Part shown: one piece after another, positions 10,084 to 19,933 of the stretch
Position numbering within the stretch: the stretch's first letter is position 1
Layout of the letters: each line of letters begins with the position of its first letter
Assembly: GCA_965223905.1 (NCBI GenBank)
Contig: CBDCXV010000010.1
Coordinates: 416,001-480,000, forward strand
Length of the DNA stretch: 64,000 nucleotides
Direction: 5' to 3'
From: Candidatus Latescibacterota bacterium
GTDB taxonomy: Bacteria > Latescibacterota > UBA2968 > UBA8231
The notes under the pieces: model-generated
Told to the model about the DNA's origin: nothing
Databases searched by the model: none
The model's input: the letters and a program-made list of their open reading frames with translations, nothing else
Made by a program: the position numbers and the translations under genes

Positions 10084-10503
10084 TCAGCTACTCGAGGAAG
10101 AGTCGTCGGTGCCACCATCATCGGTGCCACCATCATCATCGGTGCCACCATCATCATCGGTGCCGCCATCACCGTCTTCCGTCCCGTCCTCTTCGCCGTC
10201 GTCCATCCCGTCCTCTTCACCGTCTTCCGTCCCGTCCTCTTCACCGTCTTCCGTCCCGTCCTCTTCGCCGTCGTCCATCCCGTCCTCTTCGCCGTCGTCC
10301 ATCCCGTCCTCTTCGCCGTCGTCCATCCCTTTCCTCGACTCGGCCAGACCGGCTACAGGAGCACTCAGGGTTATGGAACTGCTAATGCGCTTGGCGGCCA
10401 CCTCCGTGTCCGCGTCCGGCTGCTTGGACGAAACAGGGTCGCGGTCGGTGCAGGCGCTCAGCGTAAAGACGCAAGCGAGCAGTGAAAGCAGAACTAACTT
10501 CAT
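10084..10503 (-). CDS. Short acidic-repeat lipoprotein, paralog of 8598-9671 lacking the spondin domain
   Basis: Near-identical N-terminus (CTDRDPVSSKQPD.DTEVAAKR..SSITLSAPVAGL.ESR) joined directly to the acidic tail ending GTDDSSS. Confidence 0.8.
   Translation of the reverse strand: MKLVLLSLLACVFTLSACTDRDPVSSKQPDADTEVAAKRISSSITLSAPVAGLAESRKGMDDGEEDGMDDGEEDGMDDGEEDGTEDGEEDGTEDGEEDGMDDGEEDGTEDGDGGTDDDGGTDDDGGTDDGGTDDSSSSS
10107..10328. repeat. Coding tandem repeats: 24-bp unit (GMDDGEED/GTEDGEED, about 7 copies) and 18-bp unit (GGTDDD, about 3 copies)
   Basis: Repeated ccgtcctcttc(g/a)ccgtc... and catcatcggtgcc units visible directly. Confidence 0.85.
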
Positions 10504-10556
10504 GATGGCCTCCGATTGATTGATTCAATGAAAACGGCTGCAATGCCTCGATTCCG

Positions 10557-10578
10557 CACAATATCAGGACATATTGTG
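10557..10578. promoter_or_regulatory. Palindromic operator candidate CACAATAT-N6-ATATTGTG
   Basis: Perfect 8-bp AT-rich inverted repeat between the divergent lipoprotein and FecCD genes. Confidence 0.5.
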
Positions 10579-10763
10579 GGAAAAGCAACAACTTCGGACG
10601 CCGGAGGCGGACACATGGACCTCCCGGTACCCCGGAATTCCGTGGTATTCTTCTCCGGTGGGGCGGGTTAGCCGGCAGAGGTGTGCCGCTCTATCTTGTT
10701 TCCGTCCCCCATGAATCCCCGAATGCGCAACCCGTTTCCGATGTATTCACCGGACCGCGGCCG

Positions 10764-11771
10764 ATGAACGCCACCCTGCGCCGCCGCGTCATCTACCTCT
10801 TTCCGCTTCCCGTTCTCTTCGGCTCCCTGCTGCTGGGCCCGTCTGCCAGCGCCGAGGCGGGAAAGATCCTGTCCTGGGGCTACGGCCTGCTCTTCCGCGA
10901 GGGGGCCGGCGGCCCGGAAGAGGCCCTGGTCGGCACCATCGTCTGGGAGGTTCGGCTGCCTCGCATCCTGCTCACCTTTCTCGTGGGAGGCGCCCTGGCC
11001 GCGGCGGGCAACGCCCTGCAGGCGCTGTTTCGCAATCCCCTCGTCGCTCCCTACATCCTCGGGCTCTCCTCCGGGGCCGCCTTCGGCGCCGCCCTGGCCC
11101 TGACGCTGCCGCTTCTGCCGGTGCAGCCGACCGCCTTCGGGTTCGCCCTGCTCGCCGTCGGCCTCGCCTACTTCCTGGCGCGCACCCGCAAGACCGTGTC
11201 GGTGGTCTCCCTCATCCTCTCGGGGGTGATCGTCACCGGCATCTTCACCGCCCTGCTGACCATCGTCCAGTTCCTCACCGACCCGTACAAGCTGCAGACC
11301 ATCGTCCACTGGACCATGGGCAACCTGCACAACTCGAGCTGGGCCAAGCTGCGCTCCGCGGCCCCGGGGGTGGGGATCGGCGTCGTCTGGCTCTTCCTTT
11401 TCCGCTGGCGCATGAACGTGCTCGCCCAGGGAGACGAAGAGACCCGGGCGGTAGGGCTGAACCCGGAGCGGGAACGGGTGCTGATCCTGGTGCCGGCGAC
11501 CCTGGCCGCCTCCGCGGCGATCGCCGTGGCCGGCGTCATCGGCATGATCGGACTTGCGGTGCCGCACATGGTGCGCATGCTGCTGGGGCCGGACAACCGC
11601 CACACCCTGCCGGCCTCCTTCGCTTTCGGCGGGGCCTTCCTGCTGCTGGTCGACACCTGCTCGCGCACGCTGGCCTCTTTCGAAATCCCGGTCGGGGTCT
11701 TCACCACCCTGCTCGGGGGGCCGTTCTTCATCTTCCTGCTCAAGAAGGCGCGGATCGGATGGGAGGACTAG
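10764..11771 (+). CDS. FecCD/BtuC-family ABC permease
   Basis: EVRLPRILL, LQALFRNPLVAPYILGLSSGA, GDEETRAVG, EIPVGVFT; start uncertain (10683 or 10764). Confidence 0.92.
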   Translation: MNATLRRRVIYLFPLPVLFGSLLLGPSASAEAGKILSWGYGLLFREGAGGPEEALVGTIVWEVRLPRILLTFLVGGALAAAGNALQALFRNPLVAPYILGLSSGAAFGAALALTLPLLPVQPTAFGFALLAVGLAYFLARTRKTVSVVSLILSGVIVTGIFTALLTIVQFLTDPYKLQTIVHWTMGNLHNSSWAKLRSAAPGVGIGVVWLFLFRWRMNVLAQGDEETRAVGLNPERERVLILVPATLAASAAIAVAGVIGMIGLAVPHMVRMLLGPDNRHTLPASFAFGGAFLLLVDTCSRTLASFEIPVGVFTTLLGGPFFIFLLKKARIGWED

Positions 11772-12532
11772 CGCCGGCGATAGCGGTCGAGAGCCTTTCC
11801 TTCGCCTACGAGGGGAGACCGATCCTCGACGAGATCTCCCTGGAGATCCCAGCGGAGCAGTTCACCGTCCTGCTCGGCAAGAACGGCAGCGGCAAATCGA
11901 CCCTCATGCGCATTCTGGGAGGCCTGCTCGAGTTCGAGCGCGGCGAGGTGCGCATCATGGGGGAGGAGCTGCGCTCCTTCTCCACCCGGGGGCGGGCCCG
12001 CGTCCTAGGCTACCTGCCGCAGCACCACCGCCCCGTCTTCCCCTTCGCGGTCGAGGACGTGGTCCTGACCGGGCGCGCCAGCTACGTCTCCTACGCGCCG
12101 AAGCGGGAGGACCTGGAAATCGCCGTCGACGCCCTGCGACGGGTCGGCATCCTCCACCTGAGGGAGCGCACCTACACCGAGCTCTCGGGAGGAGAGCAGC
12201 AGATGGTTCGCATCGCCCGCGTCCTCGCCCAGCAGCCGCGCCTGATCCTCCTCGACGAGCCGACCTCCCACCTCGACTTCCTCAACCAGGCCCACATGCT
12301 GCGCCTGATCCGCGAGCTGGTCGACGCCGACCTCACCGTCCTCGCCGTCCTCCACGATCCGAACAGCGCCTTCCTCTACGGGGACCACTTCATCTTCCTC
12401 AAGGAGGGCAAGGTCGAGCGGCTGCCCGCGGCAGAACGGCCGTGGGACCGCGACTTCCTCGAACGCATCTACGACACCGGGATAGACTCGATTCCCTACG
12501 GCGACCGCGCCCTGGTGGTGCCGAAGGGGTGA
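11759..12532 (+). CDS. Iron/corrinoid ABC transporter ATP-binding protein
   Basis: GKNGSGKST, LSGGE, LLDEPTSHLD, VLHD. Confidence 0.92.
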   Translation: MGGLAPAIAVESLSFAYEGRPILDEISLEIPAEQFTVLLGKNGSGKSTLMRILGGLLEFERGEVRIMGEELRSFSTRGRARVLGYLPQHHRPVFPFAVEDVVLTGRASYVSYAPKREDLEIAVDALRRVGILHLRERTYTELSGGEQQMVRIARVLAQQPRLILLDEPTSHLDFLNQAHMLRLIRELVDADLTVLAVLHDPNSAFLYGDHFIFLKEGKVERLPAAERPWDRDFLERIYDTGIDSIPYGDRALVVPKG

Positions 12533-12956
12533 GAGGCGGGCAGGCCGGAGGGTCTTCCTCTGCAAGCCCCAGCGGCAGACGAATCCGCGCAGTCGGTTTT
12601 GGCCCCTTTCCGGACTCCCTGCTGAGCCTGGATGGCCGCGTTGAATCCCCAAAACCGGTCCCGGGGACCGGACACGGAGGAACCGGCCGGGGGCACTGCA
12701 ATCGGGGCTTCCGCCTTTGCGGGCTCCTCGACCGCTTCGAATCCCCGGGGACCTACAGCCGTAACCGGACACCGAGGAACCACCAGCACAGAGCCCTTGA
12801 CAGGCTCCGCCGGGTGACTTGCCGGCATTTCTTCCGGTTCCGCCCGATCAGCCGCACCACACCGGGGAAACCGGGCCTTGGAGCGGCCCTTTCGAAGTGC
12901 CTGTCAGGAGGATTGGTCGGGGGGCGCTGTATTTCCTGAAAGTCCCCGGAACCAGG

Positions 12957-14351
12957 TCAGGCCCTGCCACCCTGCCCGCCAGCGGACTCCAGCGCGGACG
13001 CCGCCCTGAACAGGGTCGCCTCGTCGAAATGCCGCGCCACCACCTGCACGCCGATAGGCAGCCCCTCCCCGCTCTTTGCGAACGGCACCGACATGGCCGG
13101 GCAGCCGACGAGGCCGAACGCCGCGGTGATGTTGGCGGCGTGACCCGGACCGGCTTCCACGCCGTCGATGAGCAGCGTCTCCGCTTCGTGTCCGTGGGCG
13201 GTTACAGGCGCCGTGGGACAGAACAACAGGTCGCAGCGGGCGAAGAACCCCGCCATGTCCTTCGCCAGCAGGTCGCGATTGTCCATTGATTCGAGGAACT
13301 CCTCGAGGGACGGCCGCGGCATGTCGAGCAGGCCTCGGATCGGCTCGCTCAGCTCCCCCTCGCGGCCGCCGATGAAAGGTTCGAGGTAGCGCCCGAGCTC
13401 GGCCCTGACCATGGCCATGCAGACGTCGATCGGCAGCCTGTCCGACCAGTCGAAATCGACCTCCTCGACGACGCACCCCGCGCCTTCCAGGGCCGAAGCC
13501 GCCCGGGACACGGCGTCGCGAATCTCCTTTTCCACCGGCGCGAACGGCCCTTCGGTGAACACGCCGACCCGCAGGCCGGCGATCTCGCCATTGACTTCCC
13601 CGGCCTGCCGGAACGGCTCCGGCGTGGCGTAGGGATCCTCCCCGTCGGGGCCGGACATGACCGACAGCGCCAGGGCGGCGTCGCGAACGCTGCGGCAGAG
13701 CGGCCCAACGTGCATGTGGCGGCAGGTCAGCTCCGGCCACGATCCGGTCAGGGGGATGCGGCCGTGGGTCGGCTTGAATCCCACGATGCCGCAGTAGTGG
13801 GAGGGCAGCCGGTTGGAGCCTCCGAGATCGGTGCCGATCCCGAGAGGGGAGAGGCCCGAGGAAATCGCCGCGGCCTCCCCGCCGCTCGAGCCCCCGCAGG
13901 TTCGCTCCGGGTCGCCGGGATGGAGGGTGCGCTCGAACAGGCGGTTGGCGGTCTCGGCCCTGAGCGCGAACTCCGGCAGGTTGGTCTTGCCGAGAAGGAT
14001 GCCCCCGGCGGCCTTGAGCCGGCCGACCGCGGCGGCATCGGTATCCGGCACCAGGCCGGCGAAGATCAGCGAACCCCGGGTCGTTCTCACCCCCGCGGTG
14101 TCGAAGCAGTCCTTGGCGGTGAACGGCACCCCGTGCAGGGGGCCGCGGAGCTCGCCTCGGACCGCCGCCTGTTCCGCCTCCCGCGCCTGCTCGAGGGCGC
14201 CGTCGGCCAAGGTCACGAGCGCGTGAACCCCGGGATCGACCGCTTGGATCCGGTCGAGGAAGGAGGCCGTGACCTCCACGGGGGAGAGCTCCTTGCTGCG
14301 AATCCTCGCGGCCAACCCGGTGGCGTCGGCAAAACAGATCTCTTCGCTCAT
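12957..14351 (-). CDS. Amidase signature family enzyme (GatA-like)
   Basis: GPLHGVPFTAKD, GKTNLPEFA, GGSSGGEAAA, GTDLGGS; start set at MSEEI. Confidence 0.9.
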   Translation of the reverse strand: MSEEICFADATGLAARIRSKELSPVEVTASFLDRIQAVDPGVHALVTLADGALEQAREAEQAAVRGELRGPLHGVPFTAKDCFDTAGVRTTRGSLIFAGLVPDTDAAAVGRLKAAGGILLGKTNLPEFALRAETANRLFERTLHPGDPERTCGGSSGGEAAAISSGLSPLGIGTDLGGSNRLPSHYCGIVGFKPTHGRIPLTGSWPELTCRHMHVGPLCRSVRDAALALSVMSGPDGEDPYATPEPFRQAGEVNGEIAGLRVGVFTEGPFAPVEKEIRDAVSRAASALEGAGCVVEEVDFDWSDRLPIDVCMAMVRAELGRYLEPFIGGREGELSEPIRGLLDMPRPSLEEFLESMDNRDLLAKDMAGFFARCDLLFCPTAPVTAHGHEAETLLIDGVEAGPGHAANITAAFGLVGCPAMSVPFAKSGEGLPIGVQVVARHFDEATLFRAASALESAGGQGGRA

Positions 14352-14427
14352 GGTTTCAGGCTCCCGTTTTTCGACCGCCCGGCCCGGTTTCCGCGCCTGG
14401 GGTTGCGACCTCAGATGTTTCCTGCCG

Positions 14428-15387
14428 TCAATAGCCGTAGCGGCGGGGGTTCTCGCGCAGCTCGCGCAGGAAGTCATCGACCATCTCCGGCAGGCCGTAG
14501 GCCGGTTTCCACCCCCACTCCTCGCGCGCGCAACGGTCGTCGATCGGCCTTCCCGCGTGCTCGATCAGGGCCTGCCGCTCCTCGTCGACGGCGAACTCGA
14601 TGCGCGCCCCGGGCACCCGGTCGCGCACCATGGCGGCCACCTCGCCGGCGGTCGGCATCGGCCCGCTCAGCAGGTAGTTGATCATCTGCAGGCCGCCTGC
14701 CGGCGCCTGCGCAAGCTCTACCGTGGCGCGCGCGACATCCTTGAAGTAGAGCACCGTGGCCCTGGTATCGGGACGCACCCAGATCGCGAAGGGATTCCCC
14801 ATGGCGCTCTCCTCGATCGCCCAGGAGACGTACTGGGTCACGCCGAGCGACCTGACGCCGGGACCGGCCACGGGGGGATAGCGCAGGCCGCGGTAGTCGA
14901 GGCCGTACTTGCGCCGGTAGAAGAGCCCGAGGTGCTCGCCGAAGAGCTTGCAGGCCCCGTACAGCAGCACCGGACGCTGCAGGGTGAGATCGTCCATGGC
15001 AGCGGTCGTTATGCCGGTTCCGTAGGTGCCGATGCTGCTGGAGAAGATCACCTTCTCGACCCCGAACAGGCGCGCCGCCTCGAGCACGTGATAGGTGCCG
15101 AGGGCGTTGACCCGTATCGAGGAGTGGGGGTCGGCCTCGCAGCCGAGCGACAGCATCCCCGCGAGGTGGTAGATGACCTCGGGAGAGGTGTCGCGAACCG
15201 CGTCGAGGACATGGCTGAAGTTGCCGACGTCGCCGCGAATCCTCTTGACCTTGCCGGCGATTTCACCGAGGCGATGGGTCGAGTCGTCGATGTCGAAAAC
15301 GGTGAGGTCGGTTTCCCCCCGGGATACGAGGAGGCGCGCGATCTCCGCGGCGATGAATCCGGTGCCTCCGGTGATCAGGGTCGCCAT
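14428..15387 (-). CDS. NAD-dependent epimerase/dehydratase (SDR threonine dehydrogenase-like)
   Basis: TGGTGFIA, YHLAGML, YGACK. Confidence 0.85.
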   Translation of the reverse strand: MATLITGGTGFIAAEIARLLVSRGETDLTVFDIDDSTHRLGEIAGKVKRIRGDVGNFSHVLDAVRDTSPEVIYHLAGMLSLGCEADPHSSIRVNALGTYHVLEAARLFGVEKVIFSSSIGTYGTGITTAAMDDLTLQRPVLLYGACKLFGEHLGLFYRRKYGLDYRGLRYPPVAGPGVRSLGVTQYVSWAIEESAMGNPFAIWVRPDTRATVLYFKDVARATVELAQAPAGGLQMINYLLSGPMPTAGEVAAMVRDRVPGARIEFAVDEERQALIEHAGRPIDDRCAREEWGWKPAYGLPEMVDDFLRELRENPRRYGY

Positions 15388-15670
15388 GTTTTCGGACTTT
15401 CAGTGGACTGCGCCGTGGAAGGAGTGTGTTCGCGTGCCGGGCATGGGATCCGTTGCCCGGGGCGACAGGAGCTGTTCCGATGTGAGGCCCTGGCAACAGA
15501 CACCGGGCTCACCCGAATGGAACACGGAATCCTCCCCCCGGCCGTCAGTGCCTGCGCGTGTTGGTCGAGAACGAAAACGAAGCCGCCGGAACGCCCGGAT
15601 CGCAAGGCGCCTGAGGGATCCGTACGAAGGGAGTACTGGAGCGAATTCATGCCGAGTCACGCGTTGGGTA

Positions 15671-16438
15671 CTACAACATGTTGACGGAAAACCCGCCGTC
15701 GACGGGGATCGCCGTTCCGGTGACGTAGTCGGACGCCGGGCTCGACAGGAACACCGCGAGGCCGTGGAAGTCGTCGGGACTTCCCCAGCGCCCCGCGGGA
15801 CAGCGGGCAAGCACCTTTTCGCTCAGGCCCTCGACCTGGAGGCGCGCGCTCCGGGTCAGCGGCGTGTCGATGAACCCGGGAAGAAAGCAGTTGACCTGGA
15901 TGTTGTACTGCGCCCAGGCGGTCGCCAGGGACTTGGTCAGCTGCACCATCCCCCCCTTGGAAGAGGCGTAGGGAGACCCCCACGGGGCCCCGAAGATCGA
16001 CAGCATGGAACCGTTGTTGAGGATCTTTCCGGCCCCTGCCCGCTTCATCGCCGGGAAGCAGGCCTTGCTGCACAGGAAGGCGCTGTCGAGGTTGGTTTCC
16101 AGCACCAGCTTCCACTCCTCGTAGCTCAGGTCCTCCGGCTGCTTGCGGACGTTGGTGCCGGCGTTGTTGACGAGGATGTCGATGCCGCCGGCCTCCTCGA
16201 CGACCTTGCGGGTCATCTCCCCGATCTCCTCCTCGGAGGAGACGTCGCAGCGGACCGCGAGCGCCCGCCCTCCCGCTTGCTCCAGCTCGGCCACCGCGGC
16301 CGCATTCTTCTCCTCGTTGCGCGCCGCGACCGCCACCGTGGCACCCGCCCCGGACAGGCCGCGGGCGAACCCGAGGCCGATGCCGCTGTTGCCGCCGGTG
16401 ACGATGGCTACCTTGCCGCTCAGATCGAACATGCTCAT
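15671..16438 (-). CDS. Classical SDR oxidoreductase (KduD/gluconate 5-dehydrogenase-like)
   Basis: MSMFDLSGKVAIVTGGNSGIG, NNAG, YASSK, PVDGG. Confidence 0.88.
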   Translation of the reverse strand: MSMFDLSGKVAIVTGGNSGIGLGFARGLSGAGATVAVAARNEEKNAAAVAELEQAGGRALAVRCDVSSEEEIGEMTRKVVEEAGGIDILVNNAGTNVRKQPEDLSYEEWKLVLETNLDSAFLCSKACFPAMKRAGAGKILNNGSMLSIFGAPWGSPYASSKGGMVQLTKSLATAWAQYNIQVNCFLPGFIDTPLTRSARLQVEGLSEKVLARCPAGRWGSPDDFHGLAVFLSSPASDYVTGTAIPVDGGFSVNML

Positions 16439-16479
16439 GTGAACTCCCGCCTCTCTGGTGTGGTTGTGAATCGAATCCG

Positions 16480-17484
16480 CTACTTCGAGAGACGCTCGAC
16501 GTCGGCGTCGACCATCAGTCGAATCAGCTCGTCGAACATCGTCCTCGGTTCCCAGCCGAGCTCCGCCTTCGCCTTGGAGTAGTCTCCGCGCGAGGCGCCG
16601 ATCTCGGTGGGCCTGATGAAGCGCTCGTCGCAGACGACGTGCTCCTCCCAGCTCATCCCGGCGTGACTGAAGGCCACCTCGCACAGGTCGCGGATGGTGT
16701 GCGCCGTGTCGGTGGCGATCACGTAGGTGTCCGGCTCGTCCTGTTGCAGCATCAGCCACATCGCCTCGACGTACTCCTTTGCGTACCCCCAGTCGCGCAC
16801 GCAGTCGAGGTCGCCCATCCTCAGCCTGCCGCCGCTCACCAGGGGCAGCCCGGCCTCGTTCAGCGGCACCTCCTCCGTCCCCGTCTTCAGGCAGGCCACG
16901 GCCATCGTCACCTTGCGGGTTACGAAGTGCAGGCTGCGGCGGGGGCTTTCGTGATTGAACAGCACGCCGCCGCACGCGAACATGCCGTACGACTCGCGGT
17001 AGGTCTCCGTCATCTGGTGGGCGTAGAGCTTGGCCACACCGTAGGGGTTGTTCGCCGCCAGCGGCGTCGACTCGTCGATGACCTCGGCGGGAGAGCCACC
17101 GTAGATCTCGCGGCTGCTGGCCTGGTAGAAACGCGCCGAGGGACAGTAGCGCTTGACCGCCTCGAGCGTGCGCGTGGTGCCGACCGCGGTGATCTCGGCG
17201 GTCACAACCGGCTGCGTCCAGCTGTCGGCCGGGACCGATTGTGCGGCGAGGTTGTAGACCTCGTCCGGCTGGTACTCGGCGACGACCCGCTCGACGCTGG
17301 GGCCGTCCATCAGGTCCCCGTACTCGAGAGTGATCCTTCCCGACAGGTGGCCGATGTTTTCGTGATGGTAGCTCGTGGAACGGCGGCTGAGGCCGACGAC
17401 CTCGTAGCCCTTGGAGAGCAGCAGCTCGGCCAGGTACGACCCGTCCTGCCCGGTGATTCCCGTTATCAGCGCCCGCTTCGTCAT
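16480..17484 (-). CDS. gmd: GDP-mannose 4,6-dehydratase
   Basis: ALITGITGQDGSYLAE, YNLAAQS, YGVAK, FNHESPRR, RDWGYA. Confidence 0.88.
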   Translation of the reverse strand: MTKRALITGITGQDGSYLAELLLSKGYEVVGLSRRSTSYHHENIGHLSGRITLEYGDLMDGPSVERVVAEYQPDEVYNLAAQSVPADSWTQPVVTAEITAVGTTRTLEAVKRYCPSARFYQASSREIYGGSPAEVIDESTPLAANNPYGVAKLYAHQMTETYRESYGMFACGGVLFNHESPRRSLHFVTRKVTMAVACLKTGTEEVPLNEAGLPLVSGGRLRMGDLDCVRDWGYAKEYVEAMWLMLQQDEPDTYVIATDTAHTIRDLCEVAFSHAGMSWEEHVVCDERFIRPTEIGASRGDYSKAKAELGWEPRTMFDELIRLMVDADVERLSK

Positions 17485-17769
17485 GGTCTCCTGTTTCGTT
17501 CCGCCAGGGCTCGTGGACCTGCCCTGCATCGGGGACTGCCAAATATCCGGCAGCGGGTACGGAGCTGACAAACCGGCCGCCGGATCGTTTGCCCGCCGGG
17601 ATGCCCGGTTCTAATTTGCGTTCCCCGGCAGCAAGCGGCGGAGCGCGTTAGGCGCCTCCCCGGCAGCTGCCGCCGGCCCCCGGCCGGCGGCCGGCCCTGC
17701 CTGCAAACGAACGAACCGTCTCCAGAGCTGCAACGCCCCATCACCCCGCAACCAGAACGAGCAGCGACC

Positions 17770-18684
17770 ATGCCCCGACTCACCCAGGAGCAACTCGATT
17801 TCTTTCACCGCGAAGGCTATGTGCACGTACCCGGAGTCCTCGGCGACGCCGACCTCGCCCCTGTGCAGGCCGACCTCGAGGAGATCGTCGACCGCAACGC
17901 CAGGCGGCTGCTCGCCGAAGGCAAGGTCGACCGCGACTACGCCGAGCTGCCGTTCGAAAAGCGCCTCGTTCCGCTCGGAAGGGCGGACGCCAGCGCCACC
18001 GACGGCATCAACATTCCCGGCAACCTCGGCCGCGGGATCTTCAACTTCATCCGCAACGAAAACCTGCTCGACGCCGTCGAGTCCGTCGTCGGCCCCGAGA
18101 TCTTCGCCAACCCCTGCCAGCACATCCGCGCCAAGCTGCCGGCCACCGGCGATTACGAGGGCGGACTCTCGAGCATGGAGTGGGCGCGGGAAACCAACTG
18201 GCACCAGGACCTCGGGGTGCTCCTCCCCGAGGCGGACAACACCCTCGTGGTCACCACCTGGATCCCCCTGGTCGACGCCGACGCCGCCAACGGCACCCTG
18301 AGGGTGATACCCCGCTGTCACACCGAACCCCTGCGCAGGCACGTGAAACCGCCGCCTGAAATGGGCGGCAACTGGATGATCGACCCGGAGGAGCTGCCCG
18401 ACACCGAGCCGGTCGAGGTTCCGGTGGCGCGCGGCGGCCTGCTGATGATGCACTGCCGCACCCCCCACAGCAGCCGGCCCAACCGGGCGGACACGATCCG
18501 CTGGAGCCTCGACCTGCGCTGGAACGACGCCCGCATGCCGAACGGCCGGCCGCACCTGCCCGGCCTCTACGTGCGCAGCAGCGAAAATCCGGAGCTGGTG
18601 GTGCGCGACCGCGAGGAGTGGGTCACCGCCTGGAAGTTCGCCCGCGCGGGAAGCCGCGGGGCGCGAACCTATCGCTGGAACTGA
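17770..18684 (+). CDS. Phytanoyl-CoA dioxygenase (PhyH) family protein
   Basis: LTQEQLDFFHREGY, WHQD, HSSRPN...R facial-triad motifs. Confidence 0.88.
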   Translation: MPRLTQEQLDFFHREGYVHVPGVLGDADLAPVQADLEEIVDRNARRLLAEGKVDRDYAELPFEKRLVPLGRADASATDGINIPGNLGRGIFNFIRNENLLDAVESVVGPEIFANPCQHIRAKLPATGDYEGGLSSMEWARETNWHQDLGVLLPEADNTLVVTTWIPLVDADAANGTLRVIPRCHTEPLRRHVKPPPEMGGNWMIDPEELPDTEPVEVPVARGGLLMMHCRTPHSSRPNRADTIRWSLDLRWNDARMPNGRPHLPGLYVRSSENPELVVRDREEWVTAWKFARAGSRGARTYRWN

Positions 18685-19223
18685 TCCGCGGCGTTCGGCT
18701 GCGGTTTCCGGCGATTTTCGAGCTCGGCTATGACGATTTCGGCGAGCCTTTCCGTCCGTAGCGCCGCATCCAATACCAGACCGGCGCACTCGCGGTAGAC
18801 CGGGTCGCGCTCGGCAAGAAGCTCCTCCACCTCCTGAAAGCCGCCACCGGCGAGGTTCGGCCTCGTCGAGGCGCTCCTGGGATCCGCCTGCATCCGTTCC
18901 CACAACCCCTCGGCGCTCAGCTCCAGGTAGACGACGAGGGCGTCGCGGCAGGCGTGCCGGCGATTCTCCGGCTTGCCGAGGGTGCCGGCCCCGAAGGAGA
19001 TCACGCATTCGTCGCCGGCGCACATCTCCTCGACGACCTCGGCCTCGATTTCGCGGAAGCGGCCGTCCCCTACCAGCAGCCACAGCCCGGCCAGGGTTTC
19101 TCCCGGAAAGCGGGCCTCGATGCCGCGGTCGATGTCGAACAGCGGCCACCCGAGCCGCCGCGACAGCTCGCGGCCCAACGTCGACTTCCCCGAGGCGCGG
19201 TAGCCGATCAGGGCGATCTTCAT
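18669..19223 (-). CDS. aroK: Shikimate kinase-like P-loop kinase
   Basis: IGYRASGKST, DID, FREIE, RPNL, ERDPVY. Confidence 0.8.
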   Translation of the reverse strand: MKIALIGYRASGKSTLGRELSRRLGWPLFDIDRGIEARFPGETLAGLWLLVGDGRFREIEAEVVEEMCAGDECVISFGAGTLGKPENRRHACRDALVVYLELSAEGLWERMQADPRSASTRPNLAGGGFQEVEELLAERDPVYRECAGLVLDAALRTERLAEIVIAELENRRKPQPNAADQFQR

Positions 19224-19263
19224 CGCACGAACTTCCTTTTCGCAGCCCGTCCCATACGATTCC

Positions 19264-19560
19264 TCAGTAGTGGTAGCGTGCCTGCAGGAAATCTATTCGC
19301 CCTTCGCTTGCCATGTACACCAGGCGATGCTCTTCCGTAAGACGCCGCGACCAGGTTCCGGACGGGAGGTAATTGAGGGGTTCCGGTTTGCCGATGCCTG
19401 AGAATGGGTCGCGGAGCACGGCCTGTATCAGGTCGAAGGCGCGCAGGCTGACCTTGCGGTTGGTGCTTACCCAGTAACGCAGATCTTCGACGAATTCGGG
19501 ATGGAATACCCCTGTCCACTCGCGAGTGGAAGGTGCGCCCCTACTCGTCCTCTTGGACAA
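19264..19560 (-). CDS. yoeB: Txe/YoeB family toxin
   Basis: EDLRYW, DPFSGIGKPEPL, WSRRLTEEHRLVY, QARYHY. Confidence 0.92.
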   Translation of the reverse strand: MSKRTSRGAPSTREWTGVFHPEFVEDLRYWVSTNRKVSLRAFDLIQAVLRDPFSGIGKPEPLNYLPSGTWSRRLTEEHRLVYMASEGRIDFLQARYHY

Positions 19561-19831
19561 GCCCGAGTTCCCTGCGGAGATCTTCTACGGAAGAAGGAGA
19601 CAACGCCCGGCTCTGTGCGCGGTCGATAGCCGTAAGAAGACGTTGGGCGTTTTTGGGCGATCTGAGGAGATGAGCGGTCTCGAGGAGGCTGGCTAATTCG
19701 GCGGCCGAAACCAGCGCGACATCCTCGGCGTTGCGCCGCCGTATGATCACGGGCTCGCGCGTGGAGGCGACTTCGGCGCAGAGCGATGCGAACTCGGCTC
19801 TGGCCTGGGTATAGGTCGTTATGGTGGTCAT
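19541..19831 (-). CDS. yefM: Phd/YefM antitoxin
   Basis: TYTQARA, PVIIRRR, SLLETAHLLRSPKNAQRL. Confidence 0.92.
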   Translation of the reverse strand: MTTITTYTQARAEFASLCAEVASTREPVIIRRRNAEDVALVSAAELASLLETAHLLRSPKNAQRLLTAIDRAQSRALSPSSVEDLRRELGLVQEDE

Positions 19832-19848
19832 TTTGATTCTCCCGATAA

Positions 19849-19873
19849 ACATGTACAGGTATATTGTACATGT
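19849..19873. promoter_or_regulatory. yefM-yoeB operator palindrome ACATGTACA-N7-TGTACATGT
   Basis: Perfect inverted repeat with TGTACA cores, the known core of YefM operators, just upstream of yefM. Confidence 0.75.
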
Positions 19874-19933
19874 CGAGAAAATCACGTCAAGGTGCCGGCA
19901 GGCATGCCTCCGCCCGCGCAGCGGCCCCGGCCG

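Noticed and set aside
10107-10328. Regular 24-bp repeats as a possible CRISPR array
   Set aside because: No unique spacers, in-frame coding repeats, and no cas genes in the window
12640-12785. ACCGGACAC(G/C)GAGGAACC direct repeat (12667 and 12764)
   Set aside because: Only two copies, with no terminal repeats or associated gene; function unsupported
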